From positions 1,662 to 65,661 of IMG/VR virus record IMGVR_UViG_2576861533_000004: 64,000 bases of DNA; one strand, given 5' to 3'. The translations under genes and the position numbers were made by a program. The notes beneath the pieces were generated by a model that made no database searches, was not told where the DNA came from, and saw only the letters and a list, made by a program, of their open reading frames with translations. Origin of the DNA: a virus. Lineage: Duplodnaviria > Caudoviricetes. Below, piece by piece: positions 1 to 9,716 of the stretch; positions within the stretch are counted from its first letter, which is position 1; the number at the start of each line of letters is the position of its first letter.

Positions 1-116
1 TTTCTTGTTTTTTCTAAATGTTAATCATATATTTATAGCGCCTTTGTCAACCAAATATCAATTGAAGTACCATCTTATAAACTGTACGATTCGTGAGAAC
101 CGTACAGTTTTATTTT

Positions 117-722
117 TTAGTCAATGAACTCTTCATACAGTACCTCCATAAAATCGGCGCTTTTCATTGATCCGGGAAAGATCATATTCTTACCGTTATA
201 GGGCATACACAGGTCAAGATTATAGCTCTCAGCGGTATTGACATTCAAAATTTCATCGAACTCTTTCTGAGTAAATTTCTTTTCTTCCATCTCCACCTCT
301 TCATCCAACTTCTCAGATTTGAAGTTAGTGACCTCTTCCATATACTTGTTGAAAATTGGCATGAACGCTTCATGCTTGTCGTATTCCTCTTCGGTGAGAG
401 CAGATTTTAGCATTTCAGGAGTAAGGTTATGAATGTCCTTATCCCCACGGGCCTTATTTTCCAGTTCGTTTATTTCCTGAAGCTGTGTATCATAACCCTC
501 CGGCTTCAGCCCTTCACGGGCTTCCTTTACATCCTCTTCAAACTGTTTGCGAAATTTGCCGTAATAAATACGGGTCATCATCACTTTAGATTTGAGCTCT
601 GCCGACAGTTCCTTATCTTTATAAGCAAGAAGAACGGCTTTCAGGATAGATGCCTTCTTAATTGCATCACTGAGTTTCACTTTCACGATTTTCTTTTCTG
701 TTTTTGTTTCTTGATTTTCCAT
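117..722 (-). CDS. Phage hypothetical protein (acidic, helical), downstream of the tail module
   Basis: 201-aa ORF co-oriented with the tail operon; starts MENQETK like its neighbour. Confidence 0.8.
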   Translation of the reverse strand: MENQETKTEKKIVKVKLSDAIKKASILKAVLLAYKDKELSAELKSKVMMTRIYYGKFRKQFEEDVKEAREGLKPEGYDTQLQEINELENKARGDKDIHNLTPEMLKSALTEEEYDKHEAFMPIFNKYMEEVTNFKSEKLDEEVEMEEKKFTQKEFDEILNVNTAESYNLDLCMPYNGKNMIFPGSMKSADFMEVLYEEFID

Positions 723-738
723 TGATTCTGTTTTAATG

Positions 739-1068
739 TTATTCTACGATAGTGTTAAATATCATACCGGATACGGCCTGTTCAACAGCTTTCTCAAATT
801 CGATGCCGGCTGTCAGAGCCTGGTCCCGTTCCGGTTCATTCTCCTCAGATGGATTGACCATATCGTTCAGTCCACGGGTAACCGTAAAGGAATACTTGAA
901 AGGTGCCATGGCGTTCGAATCTGTTTTTTGTACGGAAGCGTCAATGCGCTTGATCCGTTTACTGTCGTTATAGACTTCGACCGTTCCGGATACTTTAAAT
1001 CCGTTGATCTCTTTCTCCACTTTCATTGAAGTGGTTACATTACTGATTTTTGTTTCTTGATTTTCCAT
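739..1068 (-). CDS. Phage hypothetical protein
   Basis: 109-aa ORF in operon context; starts MENQETK. Confidence 0.75.
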   Translation of the reverse strand: MENQETKISNVTTSMKVEKEINGFKVSGTVEVYNDSKRIKRIDASVQKTDSNAMAPFKYSFTVTRGLNDMVNPSEENEPERDQALTAGIEFEKAVEQAVSGMIFNTIVE

Positions 1069-1077
1069 TATTCTAAT

Positions 1078-2145
1078 TTATTTGGCTCTAAAGAAGATAG
1101 AACCGGATTGATAATTGTCTCCTAAGTATCTCGCTGTATAGTTTACATAGTTATTTTGAGAAGTCTGTACACGAGTAAATGATTGAGAGTTGAATGTATA
1201 CGACTCTCCCTGTGACAGCATTTCTCCGATCGGAGCAGGAGATAAAGACTCACCCATACCACCGAGGAAAGCACCAATCGGATCAGACTCAAGGAATACT
1301 GAGAATCGGGCTTTCTCCCATGCTCCTTTAATAGACGTAAATGTACATTCCAAATGATATTCATTCGCAAAGTCATTAACGACCTTATAATCAAATTTAA
1401 AGCTGTTCGGTACAGGCTTGGCAAGGGGCTTGACCATGTAAGCTGTCTCTAAAGGACCCTGATTCATTGAAAACAGAGTCACATTTATACTACTGTAAGA
1501 CTGCTCTGAAGCTTCAGCATAGGAAGCAACCATATAAACATCCACTTTACCGTCCGGCCAATTCGGAACATCCAACACCACTGCATATTCTTGTTGCTGC
1601 ATCTCCATAACGGACCTGTTCAGTGTACGGAATCGAAGTTCTCCGTTTGCCTGATGCCTTACCACCACACCCATATAAGCCCTGCTGATATCGGCTATAT
1701 TATTAATTGATATTTCAGCATTCTGCCTTAGCAGGATGGAGCATCTGAATTGCGAATTGGGATACAGGCCGGGGTCCGGATGCATCGAAAACAGATGTGG
1801 GGCTTTAGGATTATAGCCTGCATAATCTGAAATTCTCAACGGACTGCCGCTACCGCCGGGAAAATCCCATGACCAAGGAGACATGGGGGAACCCACAGCC
1901 GGAAGAGAGCCGGTCGGAGGAAGGATGATACCAAAATTCCCATTATCAGCTTTCCACCAGGCATCGGCATCCGTTACAAACTGTTTGTTGAATTTAACGG
2001 GCTTCTTCAAAGAGAAGATGTTCACATTCGCCCGAACCCCAAAATAATCGCTTGAGTTATCACCGACGCTACCACCGTTTGCGTTTAGGGTATCGCGGAT
2101 ATCCAGGTTAGTAAACCGATCAGGAATAACATTATAAACAGCCAT
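1078..2145 (-). CDS. Putative tail-associated/receptor-binding protein, paralogue B
   Basis: True start is probably MAVYN at 2145 (GGAGG upstream); N-terminal ~110 aa similar to 2348..3433, beta-rich divergent C-terminus. Confidence 0.7.
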   Translation of the reverse strand: MAVYNVIPDRFTNLDIRDTLNANGGSVGDNSSDYFGVRANVNIFSLKKPVKFNKQFVTDADAWWKADNGNFGIILPPTGSLPAVGSPMSPWSWDFPGGSGSPLRISDYAGYNPKAPHLFSMHPDPGLYPNSQFRCSILLRQNAEISINNIADISRAYMGVVVRHQANGELRFRTLNRSVMEMQQQEYAVVLDVPNWPDGKVDVYMVASYAEASEQSYSSINVTLFSMNQGPLETAYMVKPLAKPVPNSFKFDYKVVNDFANEYHLECTFTSIKGAWEKARFSVFLESDPIGAFLGGMGESLSPAPIGEMLSQGESYTFNSQSFTRVQTSQNNYVNYTARYLGDNYQSGSIFFRAK

Positions 2146-2346
2146 CCTCACCTCCTTTCCGAAGGAAAGTAACACTGCCAGACAAAGCGATATCGCCAGT
2201 TTCACCGTTATAGACATAATCACCTTCAATTAGTTTTTCATACTCAAAATCCTCTTTCTTTTGTTGTAAGGAGATTTTACCCCCCCCATTTTGTAACCAT
2301 ATTTTATAATAAGGTTACCTTCAATAAATAGTTTTACTCTTTCCAT
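2132..2346 (-). pseudogene. Small tail-module gene frameshifted at a G8 tract; 71 aa if the tract were G9
   Basis: ATG at 2346, C8 on the + strand at 2280-2287; adding one G restores a continuous ORF ending at TAA 2132-2134. Confidence 0.7.
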
Positions 2347-2347
2347 A

Positions 2348-3433
2348 TCATTCAAATCTAAAATAGCATGTAAAACGATAATAATCATTAGCAGGAAGAG
2401 CCGGAACATCCGGCATAGAGACCGGTGTTCTGAAGTTGACGGACTCACCTGCCATCCAGTCGTTTCCTAAGCGTGTCGGTGTAGTGGAAGATGTTATGCT
2501 TTGTGCTTTCTCGGCAACAGTAACACCGTCACTTGCACGGGTCGCAATGACTTTTACTGACTTTAAATAGTAATTATTATCCAGTCTGCTTATTAAGCAG
2601 CCCTCTTGAAAGAGACTTCCGGAGTTGATAATCGCCGTACCGATTAAAGATATCTTTCTCGCTTCGATAATGCTGAGTCCAAGGATGCCGAACGAGTAAA
2701 CATCGGCATGCGGGGTGACAATATCAACGGTCGACTCATCAAAACCGTCCTCTGCGTTCAAGCTGTAATAGGATTGTGTCGTTTCACCCTGCCAGGATGG
2801 AACCTGCGATGTACAGATGAATACCTTTATCCTGACTCCCGTCTTATCTGATTTCAAGAGCTCGCAATCGGATATGTTCAGTGTCACCCCTCCATTGAAA
2901 ATTGTAACCGAAAGCGTTTTAATAAGCGTCCGGTTTCCGTATGTGACAGCACATCCCAAATATGAATTAGAGGGGAATATATCGGCCGGGACAACATTGT
3001 ATGTTGAATCAAGTGATTTCAGCATCAACTTCACAACAGTGGCACTGCCGGAGGCAAGGATAAGTCCGGAGGGAAGCATGGTAGTGAATGGTACGGTAGC
3101 TTCCGGATTGTATCCGGCAAAATCACCGACACGCAGGTTGTACGATCCCTGAACAGGTATATCATAGGTGTAAGTTCCGGTCAGTAGTGCAATATCCGCT
3201 GTACGGGGGACATTGATGCCGTAGTTTCCGGAATCGGCACGGAACCAGTTCGGGTCCTCCGTATTAAACATGATATTTCTTTTCACCGGTTTACGTTTGC
3301 TCCACATGTTAATGCGTGCAGCAGCAGAGAAATAGTTAAGCGAGTTATCGCCCACACTTCCACCATAAGCGTTCAGGGTATCGCGGATATCCAGGTTAGT
3401 AAACCGCTCAGGGATTCGATTATATACCGCCAT
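2348..3433 (-). CDS. Putative tail-associated/receptor-binding protein, paralogue A
   Basis: 361 aa; TAATG overlap with the tail fibre stop; shared MAVYNxIPxRFTNLDIRDTLNA N-terminus. Confidence 0.7.
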   Translation of the reverse strand: MAVYNRIPERFTNLDIRDTLNAYGGSVGDNSLNYFSAAARINMWSKRKPVKRNIMFNTEDPNWFRADSGNYGINVPRTADIALLTGTYTYDIPVQGSYNLRVGDFAGYNPEATVPFTTMLPSGLILASGSATVVKLMLKSLDSTYNVVPADIFPSNSYLGCAVTYGNRTLIKTLSVTIFNGGVTLNISDCELLKSDKTGVRIKVFICTSQVPSWQGETTQSYYSLNAEDGFDESTVDIVTPHADVYSFGILGLSIIEARKISLIGTAIINSGSLFQEGCLISRLDNNYYLKSVKVIATRASDGVTVAEKAQSITSSTTPTRLGNDWMAGESVNFRTPVSMPDVPALPANDYYRFTCYFRFE

Positions 3434-6400
3434 TAAGCAGCCCTCCTTTCTAATTGTTCAATTCTGTTTCTCAATTTGATATTTTCCTTTTCCAAAGCAT
3501 CCATTCTCAACTCCGTGTCTGACTTCCATTCATAGTCTGAAAGGAGATGATCCCGGAGGAACCGGGCTGCATGCACTGCGTATACATAAGCGCATACAGC
3601 ATAGTCCATCGTTTTAAAGTTACTTGTCTCATGGGTCAGTTCCGGAAGGATCTGCTCGGTGTACTGAGCATAACCACCCACATGGAGAAGCCCGTCACGA
3701 TCTCTCTTCTTGCTGTTCCAGCGGTAGTAGATAGTGGGTGAGTCTGCGATCTGATCCAATTGCAGGGTTACTTCACCCAGATAGGTTTTATAACGTGAGT
3801 CGGAACCCCAGGTTGAATAACCGGAGACATAGTGGTTACCGGTGAAACTCCAATTACCGCCGCCATAGTCCATGATATAGGATTTTCCAGAACTGGAATT
3901 GGTTGAGGTTGATGTTCCCCACCACCAGTACATGTGATCATTGGAGTGTACACCGATACCAAAGGTATTATCAGAAGCCCTCACTTCTATTCCTCCATGG
4001 TCTGACCTGCCCTGGAATACAGCATACACATTAAAACCTGATGCGCCTGAGCCGCCATAGATACCACTTACAGCAAGACCGCCATTAGTACTCAGGTGAC
4101 CGCCGGCATAAATCCTGCCACTTGCGTTAATACCTCCGGCGGTATGGATGGCATCGGAAGAGGTACTGCTGACATAGAACTGCTTACCGTTATAGACACG
4201 TACCCAGGTCGAATCTGTCATGTGGATACCACCGCCATAGGATTCACAATAGAATCCATTACTTCCACCGGCCCTGACCCAACCGGCAGAATATATGTCT
4301 GATGTAGTGCTAATCCTTCCGTTTGCATTTAAGGTACTGCAAGTCCAGGCAGCAGAAGAATGGTTTGAGTTATAACCGGTCCATATATGGTACATTGTGC
4401 CATAACTTGTAGCGTGATATTTTTGACTGCTTATATAAATAAGAGGAGCACCACCCCTTGAAAAATGCAAAGCACACATATTCGGAACATCAGTACCACC
4501 ATATCCATTAATCCATAAAGTATCGCCCCAATATGAATCAGGATTAACGCCTGTCATAGCTACTTTGACCCCCATACTATTATTGAAATAGGTTTGAGGA
4601 TTCGCCTGTTGTCCGCCGACATAGTTCGGAAGTATATATGTGGCAGATGCAGAATTACCCATAAAATGGTTACCATACACATAGTTCCATAAGTGCCCGG
4701 CATCTCCCAAGCTATAGGTAGAACTACTATAAGGTAATACACTTCCATTCACAAACAAGCTATTAGCAAAATATAAACTTCTCGCAGGTTTAGTAATGAA
4801 ATGTACATATGAATCATTTTCTGCTCCAATTTTTATTTCAATACCATTATATCTTGAATATAGAAAGCCTGCATCTGCTATAAGATTACCTCCGTAAACA
4901 TTTGTATATCCAGTATCAGTTATATTTCTAAATTTAAATTCTCCTGAATTAGTAAAATACACTACTCCTGCTGTTACTCCTGGCTGATGAAAACCAATAC
5001 CTGGATAAAGATTACTACCATTACCATTAACCATCATAGATGTAGCAGCATATCCATTTCCAGTTGGTTCTCTAAAATAAGTATTATATAATCTTCCATT
5101 AGTATATCCCCAATAACCAACTTGCTTAGCATTAGACCTAAATTCTATAATTCCATCAGCTTGCCAATGTAAACCAGTATCGCTGTCTCCAATAGCCAAA
5201 CTAACAGCAGGACCACCTTCATTGTTATTTGTTCTATTAATAAATAGTTTTCCATCTGAATCAAGAGTCATTCTATATCCATTAGTTCCAAACCACCAAT
5301 CGAAACTATAAGCATTTCTGATACCGGCACCTACAGTCCATAAAGGTTTATCTGCACCTACAGCTGTATTATTATTGTAATAGCTAATACTTGATTCTTG
5401 ACCATTTCTATTAACGACCCCTAATTTGCCATAAGATGAACCACTGTATCTCACAAATATACCTTCCTCACTGGTTCCATTACATCTGATTTCATAGTTG
5501 CCAAGTCCTCCTCCAAGACCAGATTGAGTGCTTTTAGCTACTGCAACATGGAACATTCTATCAGCACTTGCTTGTTGAATATATCCCCAGTCTTCTCCTT
5601 TAATATCAATGGCCTTTCTATTTAATATTCTAATAGTTCCTATTGTACCAAGTCCAGTTCCAGATATATCACTTCCAAGTTCAACGATAGAATTTTTTAT
5701 TTCGGTGTTAAATACCTCTCCACTCTGAGAATTGAAATACTTAACATAAAACGGTAATCCTGTAGTACTTATATCATATATAAGGGTTTTGATACTATCT
5801 AAACTTGCAGCAGACGCCCATTTAAGACCGGCATATTTAACTCCATTATAAGTAAATGTACAAGGCTTTGGAGCATCTTCACCTTCATTTATACCATAAC
5901 CATTGTATAATACGCCAAAGTTAACATTTGTTTGATTGTACCTTTTGATAACATTAAATTGTACAGAACCATTGGGATAAATGCCATTTCCTCTTCTGTA
6001 AAACATAGTACCGCTTGCATAATTATATTCAGAATCAGCAGGACTAAGTTTACATAAAGCAACGACCCACCACCCATAGTCTGAATATATATTTTGTCCC
6101 TCAAAGTAAGGAGTTGCAACTTTATTACAATCTTCAAGAAAAGCTATACCTTTCCAATCAGTAGCCCAAGAAGAACCTTTGCCATCCCTATAATATAATC
6201 TATTATTAGTGTTATCTGTTGAAGAAGGCCCAACAAGTTCCCAGGTAGCATAACCTTCTCCCCAACCTTTCACATGAATACCTGACCACCAGTTAGAGGA
6301 TGGCATGCCAGACATATGAAATAAGCCACTAATATTATAATTATCATAAGAGGTTGGAAGTATTGTGTCATTTCTTCTATCAATAACTCTTAAGTAATTA

Positions 6401-8322
6401 GATTTACTTGAATACTGAATACTGTTTTGGTCACCACCATACGCTAATGCATAAAGGTTGGAATCCAGACTACCATCAGCTTTGAGAAATTGTGATGCGG
6501 TTCCATTAGGTGTTTTCTGATATAAATCAGGCAGTGTGATGACCCCGTTAGCCGCTTCATAGAGTGTGCCATTCAACATTATGTTTCCACCACCGCCACT
6601 TCCACCGCCACCGATAACGGAAAGTTTGCCACCTTCTTTCGACAGAGTGGCCGGGTCATAAGGTAGCAGGTCGAGAAGGGTCGGAGCAGTATAATCGCCC
6701 ACCGCATTCCAGGTTGTGCTACCTGTGATCAACAGGTTACCATCCAGTTTCCAGACTTTATGTGTCGGATCGTAATCGAGCAGGCCACCGTTTACCTTCA
6801 GACCGCCGATGAAATTCTTTTCACCGGTAATCTCCTGAGCACCGGCAAGGGTGACGAAGGTATTCAAACGATCCTGTAAACCATTGATTTTGCTAATCTC
6901 TAAAGTGGGGATATCAGAGGCTATCAACCCTGATGCGGACGTTGCACGACCATAAGCGTCAACGGTGAGCTTAGTGTATGTACCGGCCTTTATTCCGGAA
7001 GGAGAAAGGGACAAGGTACGATCCGCAGACAAATCACCACCCCCGGAAAGACCGGTGCCGGTAATAATGCTACGGGTTTTATCCGCTTTGACAGATAGAG
7101 CAGTAGCAAGGGTATCCGTTTCGGAGAATCCGGCCAGGAACGCTTCAAGTTCCTTCCATTTGTTGATTGTCGAGTCGGTATCTGATCCGGTGAGAAAGGT
7201 AAGCAGGGTATTGGCTATCTCTGTAACATTGCGATATCCTTCCGTAGTTGGAAGACCGGTTCCTTTCAGGGCATTAAGGTTCGTATGTACAAAGTTCTCT
7301 GTTGCATATCCGGCAAGAGCTGTATCCAGATGTGACTTGTCGATCTGTTGAGAACCACTTTTCAAGAGTGCGGTCCACATGGAGGATTCGTCGAAGCTTG
7401 AACCGGCACTGCCGATTACTGACAGCCGGCCACCCTCTTTTGACAGGGTAGCCGGATCATAAGGCAACAGATCAAGAAGGGTCGGAGCTGTGTATGTTCC
7501 ATTGTCCCAGCCGAAAGTGATATTACCTGAGATCAGCATATTACCGTTCAGTTTCCAAACTCTTTCGGTCGGATCGTAATCGAGCAGGCCACCGTTCACT
7601 TTCAGTCCGCCGGTGAAATCTTTTTCACCGGTAATCTCCTGGGCACCGGCAAGGGTTACAAAGTTCTCTCTGACGAAAGTCTCCGTAGCGTAGCCGGTAA
7701 GAGCGGAGGAAGTGATATAGCCTTTATCTGTGACAAATTTCTCTGTCGCATATCCGGCAAGAGCACCGGACAAATGTGACTTGTCGATCTGCTGAACACC
7801 TTCTTTACTGAGGACGCCCCACATGGCCAATTCATCAAAGTCAGAACCGGCATTGATCACAGACAGTCGGCCGCCCTCTTTTGACAGGGTAGTCGGGTCG
7901 TAAGGGAGCAGGTCGAGAAGAGTTGGTGCGGTGTATGTGCCATTGTCCCAACCGAAAGTAATGTTACCTGAGATCAGCATATTACCGTTCAGTTTCCAAA
8001 CTCTTTCGGTCGGATCATATTCTATCAGACCACCATTTAAAGTTAACTTTTTTAGGAAAGCTTCGCCTTTTTGCGTGATTCTGTAGGGATCATCCCCGCT
8101 GCTAAATTCGACACCTCCCAGAAGACGAAGTAAAAAATTGGTTTCGTCTATCTGCTTTTTACTGATAAAGATATCTTTTAAACCATCAGTAGAAACTTTC
8201 TTTAATCCTTCATTCAACCAGTATAGCACTTCTGCCACATGCCGGTTAGAGACACTGTGCTTGAGTACTGCTTTGTCAATGTAGTCAATGAGTTCATCTA
8301 TAATTTGTTGCTGATCGGCCAT
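3433..8322 (-). CDS. Long tail fibre protein with a C-terminal intramolecular chaperone (peptidase S74-like)
   Basis: 1629 aa; internal repeats; GTYTKLTVDAYGR fibre motif; PilV-like GWVR..YGGGIHMTDSTWVRVYN segment; C-terminal SDSRYK...YRW...GGYAQ plus coiled coil. Confidence 0.88.
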   Translation of the reverse strand: MADQQQIIDELIDYIDKAVLKHSVSNRHVAEVLYWLNEGLKKVSTDGLKDIFISKKQIDETNFLLRLLGGVEFSSGDDPYRITQKGEAFLKKLTLNGGLIEYDPTERVWKLNGNMLISGNITFGWDNGTYTAPTLLDLLPYDPTTLSKEGGRLSVINAGSDFDELAMWGVLSKEGVQQIDKSHLSGALAGYATEKFVTDKGYITSSALTGYATETFVRENFVTLAGAQEITGEKDFTGGLKVNGGLLDYDPTERVWKLNGNMLISGNITFGWDNGTYTAPTLLDLLPYDPATLSKEGGRLSVIGSAGSSFDESSMWTALLKSGSQQIDKSHLDTALAGYATENFVHTNLNALKGTGLPTTEGYRNVTEIANTLLTFLTGSDTDSTINKWKELEAFLAGFSETDTLATALSVKADKTRSIITGTGLSGGGDLSADRTLSLSPSGIKAGTYTKLTVDAYGRATSASGLIASDIPTLEISKINGLQDRLNTFVTLAGAQEITGEKNFIGGLKVNGGLLDYDPTHKVWKLDGNLLITGSTTWNAVGDYTAPTLLDLLPYDPATLSKEGGKLSVIGGGGSGGGGNIMLNGTLYEAANGVITLPDLYQKTPNGTASQFLKADGSLDSNLYALAYGGDQNSIQYSSKSNYLRVIDRRNDTILPTSYDNYNISGLFHMSGMPSSNWWSGIHVKGWGEGYATWELVGPSSTDNTNNRLYYRDGKGSSWATDWKGIAFLEDCNKVATPYFEGQNIYSDYGWWVVALCKLSPADSEYNYASGTMFYRRGNGIYPNGSVQFNVIKRYNQTNVNFGVLYNGYGINEGEDAPKPCTFTYNGVKYAGLKWASAASLDSIKTLIYDISTTGLPFYVKYFNSQSGEVFNTEIKNSIVELGSDISGTGLGTIGTIRILNRKAIDIKGEDWGYIQQASADRMFHVAVAKSTQSGLGGGLGNYEIRCNGTSEEGIFVRYSGSSYGKLGVVNRNGQESSISYYNNNTAVGADKPLWTVGAGIRNAYSFDWWFGTNGYRMTLDSDGKLFINRTNNNEGGPAVSLAIGDSDTGLHWQADGIIEFRSNAKQVGYWGYTNGRLYNTYFREPTGNGYAATSMMVNGNGSNLYPGIGFHQPGVTAGVVYFTNSGEFKFRNITDTGYTNVYGGNLIADAGFLYSRYNGIEIKIGAENDSYVHFITKPARSLYFANSLFVNGSVLPYSSSTYSLGDAGHLWNYVYGNHFMGNSASATYILPNYVGGQQANPQTYFNNSMGVKVAMTGVNPDSYWGDTLWINGYGGTDVPNMCALHFSRGGAPLIYISSQKYHATSYGTMYHIWTGYNSNHSSAAWTCSTLNANGRISTTSDIYSAGWVRAGGSNGFYCESYGGGIHMTDSTWVRVYNGKQFYVSSTSSDAIHTAGGINASGRIYAGGHLSTNGGLAVSGIYGGSGASGFNVYAVFQGRSDHGGIEVRASDNTFGIGVHSNDHMYWWWGTSTSTNSSSGKSYIMDYGGGNWSFTGNHYVSGYSTWGSDSRYKTYLGEVTLQLDQIADSPTIYYRWNSKKRDRDGLLHVGGYAQYTEQILPELTHETSNFKTMDYAVCAYVYAVHAARFLRDHLLSDYEWKSDTELRMDALEKENIKLRNRIEQLERRAA
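6618..8040 (-). repeat. Three imperfect internal repeats in the tail fibre (about 6618-6858, 7418-7660, 7855-8040)
   Basis: Repeated NGGLxxYDPTxxVWKLxGNxLIxG...YTAPTLLDLLPYDPxTLSKEGGxLSVI, with high DNA identity. Confidence 0.9.
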
Positions 8323-8323
8323 A

Positions 8324-9454
8324 TCAATTAAATTGAGGTGTGAACTGTTCGGTATGTATACGGGGATTTCCTATTTCGTCCTCTGAAAGTGATCCGGTGT
8401 AGCGAACATCGGAGTCAACGAAATGAAGAGTCATTTTAATACTTTCCGGTACAGTGGAGCGTATGGCATGGGTGAGGTTGTCGGCTACGGCATTTACCCT
8501 GATGTTTCGTCCGGAAAGTCCGAGTATCTTTATGTCATCGGAAGCAAGCATATCCATTAAATGCACAAGCTCTTCGGTATTGCGATATCCTGATTCGACC
8601 TGAAGCTTGTCACGGGCAGACTGTCGCTCGCGGGCCTCGATATAGTCATCAATGCTTTCATCGTAAATCTGATAAGTGGAGTCGGACTCTATTTCAGACT
8701 CGATGTTACCGATACCGGTGACTTCAATGCGTTCATAGGCTCCATAGGAGTTGAGAAATTCAAGTAAATAACGTTCACGGGATACTGTTCCGGGAGTGAT
8801 GACAATAGTACAACTTTTGATTGATCCGGAATAGATATCGAAAACAGAAGCTAACTTTTGATTAGTTTGAAACAGTTTTTGCCGGAGCCGATATAGGTTA
8901 AGGGCTACCGGCTGTCCGGCTGTTCCGGACAAAGAGGTTTCAATGCCGGCTGCAACTATTTTTAATGCACCATCCGGATAAAGGAAAGGAATAGGTAGGA
9001 GTTCGGTTTCTCGGATGGTGATGATCCGCCCGTTGGTACGGGTGGTTTTGAAGAAATTAACCGATGAATTGAGCAGCTTCCAAGTGAATATATTGCTGTT
9101 TTCATCTAACAGACGGCGTAATAGCCGCTTGCTGATGCCTCCGATAACTGCTTTCAGAGAAAGAGTTTTAGTTTCTCCCTGGGTGTTTTGGACACTAATG
9201 GCAATATCTGTAGCTGAAGTAGAATCGGCCAGTAATATATCAGTGGATTCGTTAAGCAGATGTTTGGGACTGAGAATACCTGAAAGGATATCCTGAAGAA
9301 AAACAGAGAACTCACCTTCACCACTTCCGGAAAAGATGGTGCGGTCGGCCTGACGAATAGTGTAGCTGACTACTGAACTGGAGTTTATGGTCAGCTTGAT
9401 GGGATTTCCGGCTAAAGCGATTGTAGACGGATATATGTTTGCTGTTAAACTCAT
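8324..9454 (-). CDS. Phage tail/baseplate structural protein (putative)
   Basis: 376 aa between the tail hub and fibre genes; FLNSYGAYE motif seen in Bacteroidetes phage tail proteins. Confidence 0.65.
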   Translation of the reverse strand: MSLTANIYPSTIALAGNPIKLTINSSSVVSYTIRQADRTIFSGSGEGEFSVFLQDILSGILSPKHLLNESTDILLADSTSATDIAISVQNTQGETKTLSLKAVIGGISKRLLRRLLDENSNIFTWKLLNSSVNFFKTTRTNGRIITIRETELLPIPFLYPDGALKIVAAGIETSLSGTAGQPVALNLYRLRQKLFQTNQKLASVFDIYSGSIKSCTIVITPGTVSRERYLLEFLNSYGAYERIEVTGIGNIESEIESDSTYQIYDESIDDYIEARERQSARDKLQVESGYRNTEELVHLMDMLASDDIKILGLSGRNIRVNAVADNLTHAIRSTVPESIKMTLHFVDSDVRYTGSLSEDEIGNPRIHTEQFTPQFN

Positions 9455-9675
9455 AGTGCATTGTAATTAGTTTGTATAATGGTACCGGACACAGAAGAGG
9501 TCGAAGAGCAGTACAATGCCAGGAACTCTTCCCGTTCCGGAGTGGGGGTGGTGATGAAGCGGAAAAATTCATCGGTTGTAGCCCCGGAGGAACTTGTAAA
9601 TTTCCGGTAAGCGGCAAGCAGTGCAGTTACATTGCTTGTCTCGATTGCTGCTGTGATGGTTTTATCGTCATTCAT
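9451..9675 (-). CDS. Small phage hypothetical protein
   Basis: 74 aa; ATGA overlap with the next gene; directly behind a late-promoter motif. Confidence 0.6.
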   Translation of the reverse strand: MNDDKTITAAIETSNVTALLAAYRKFTSSSGATTDEFFRFITTPTPEREEFLALYCSSTSSVSGTIIQTNYNAL

Positions 9676-9678
9676 GCT

Positions 9679-9715
9679 GCAAATATGATGTTTTGATCAT
9701 GTGCGGCAAAGGACA
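9679..9715 (-). promoter_or_regulatory. Putative phage late promoter (GTCCTT box plus -7 element)
   Basis: TGTCCTTT...CATATTTGC on the minus strand; same spacing as three other copies. Confidence 0.65.
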
Positions 9716-9716
9716 A

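Noticed and set aside
2146-2229. Signal-peptide-like N-terminal extension on 1078..2229 in the ORF track
   Set aside because: The paralogue starts at MAVYN and a GGAGG precedes 2145; this stretch is better explained as the other-frame 3' half of the G8-broken gene.
1078-8322. Diversity-generating retroelement or invertase shufflon acting on tail genes
   Set aside because: No reverse transcriptase, no adenine-specific TR/VR pair, no inverted cassettes and no invertase in the window; the repeats are direct and in frame.
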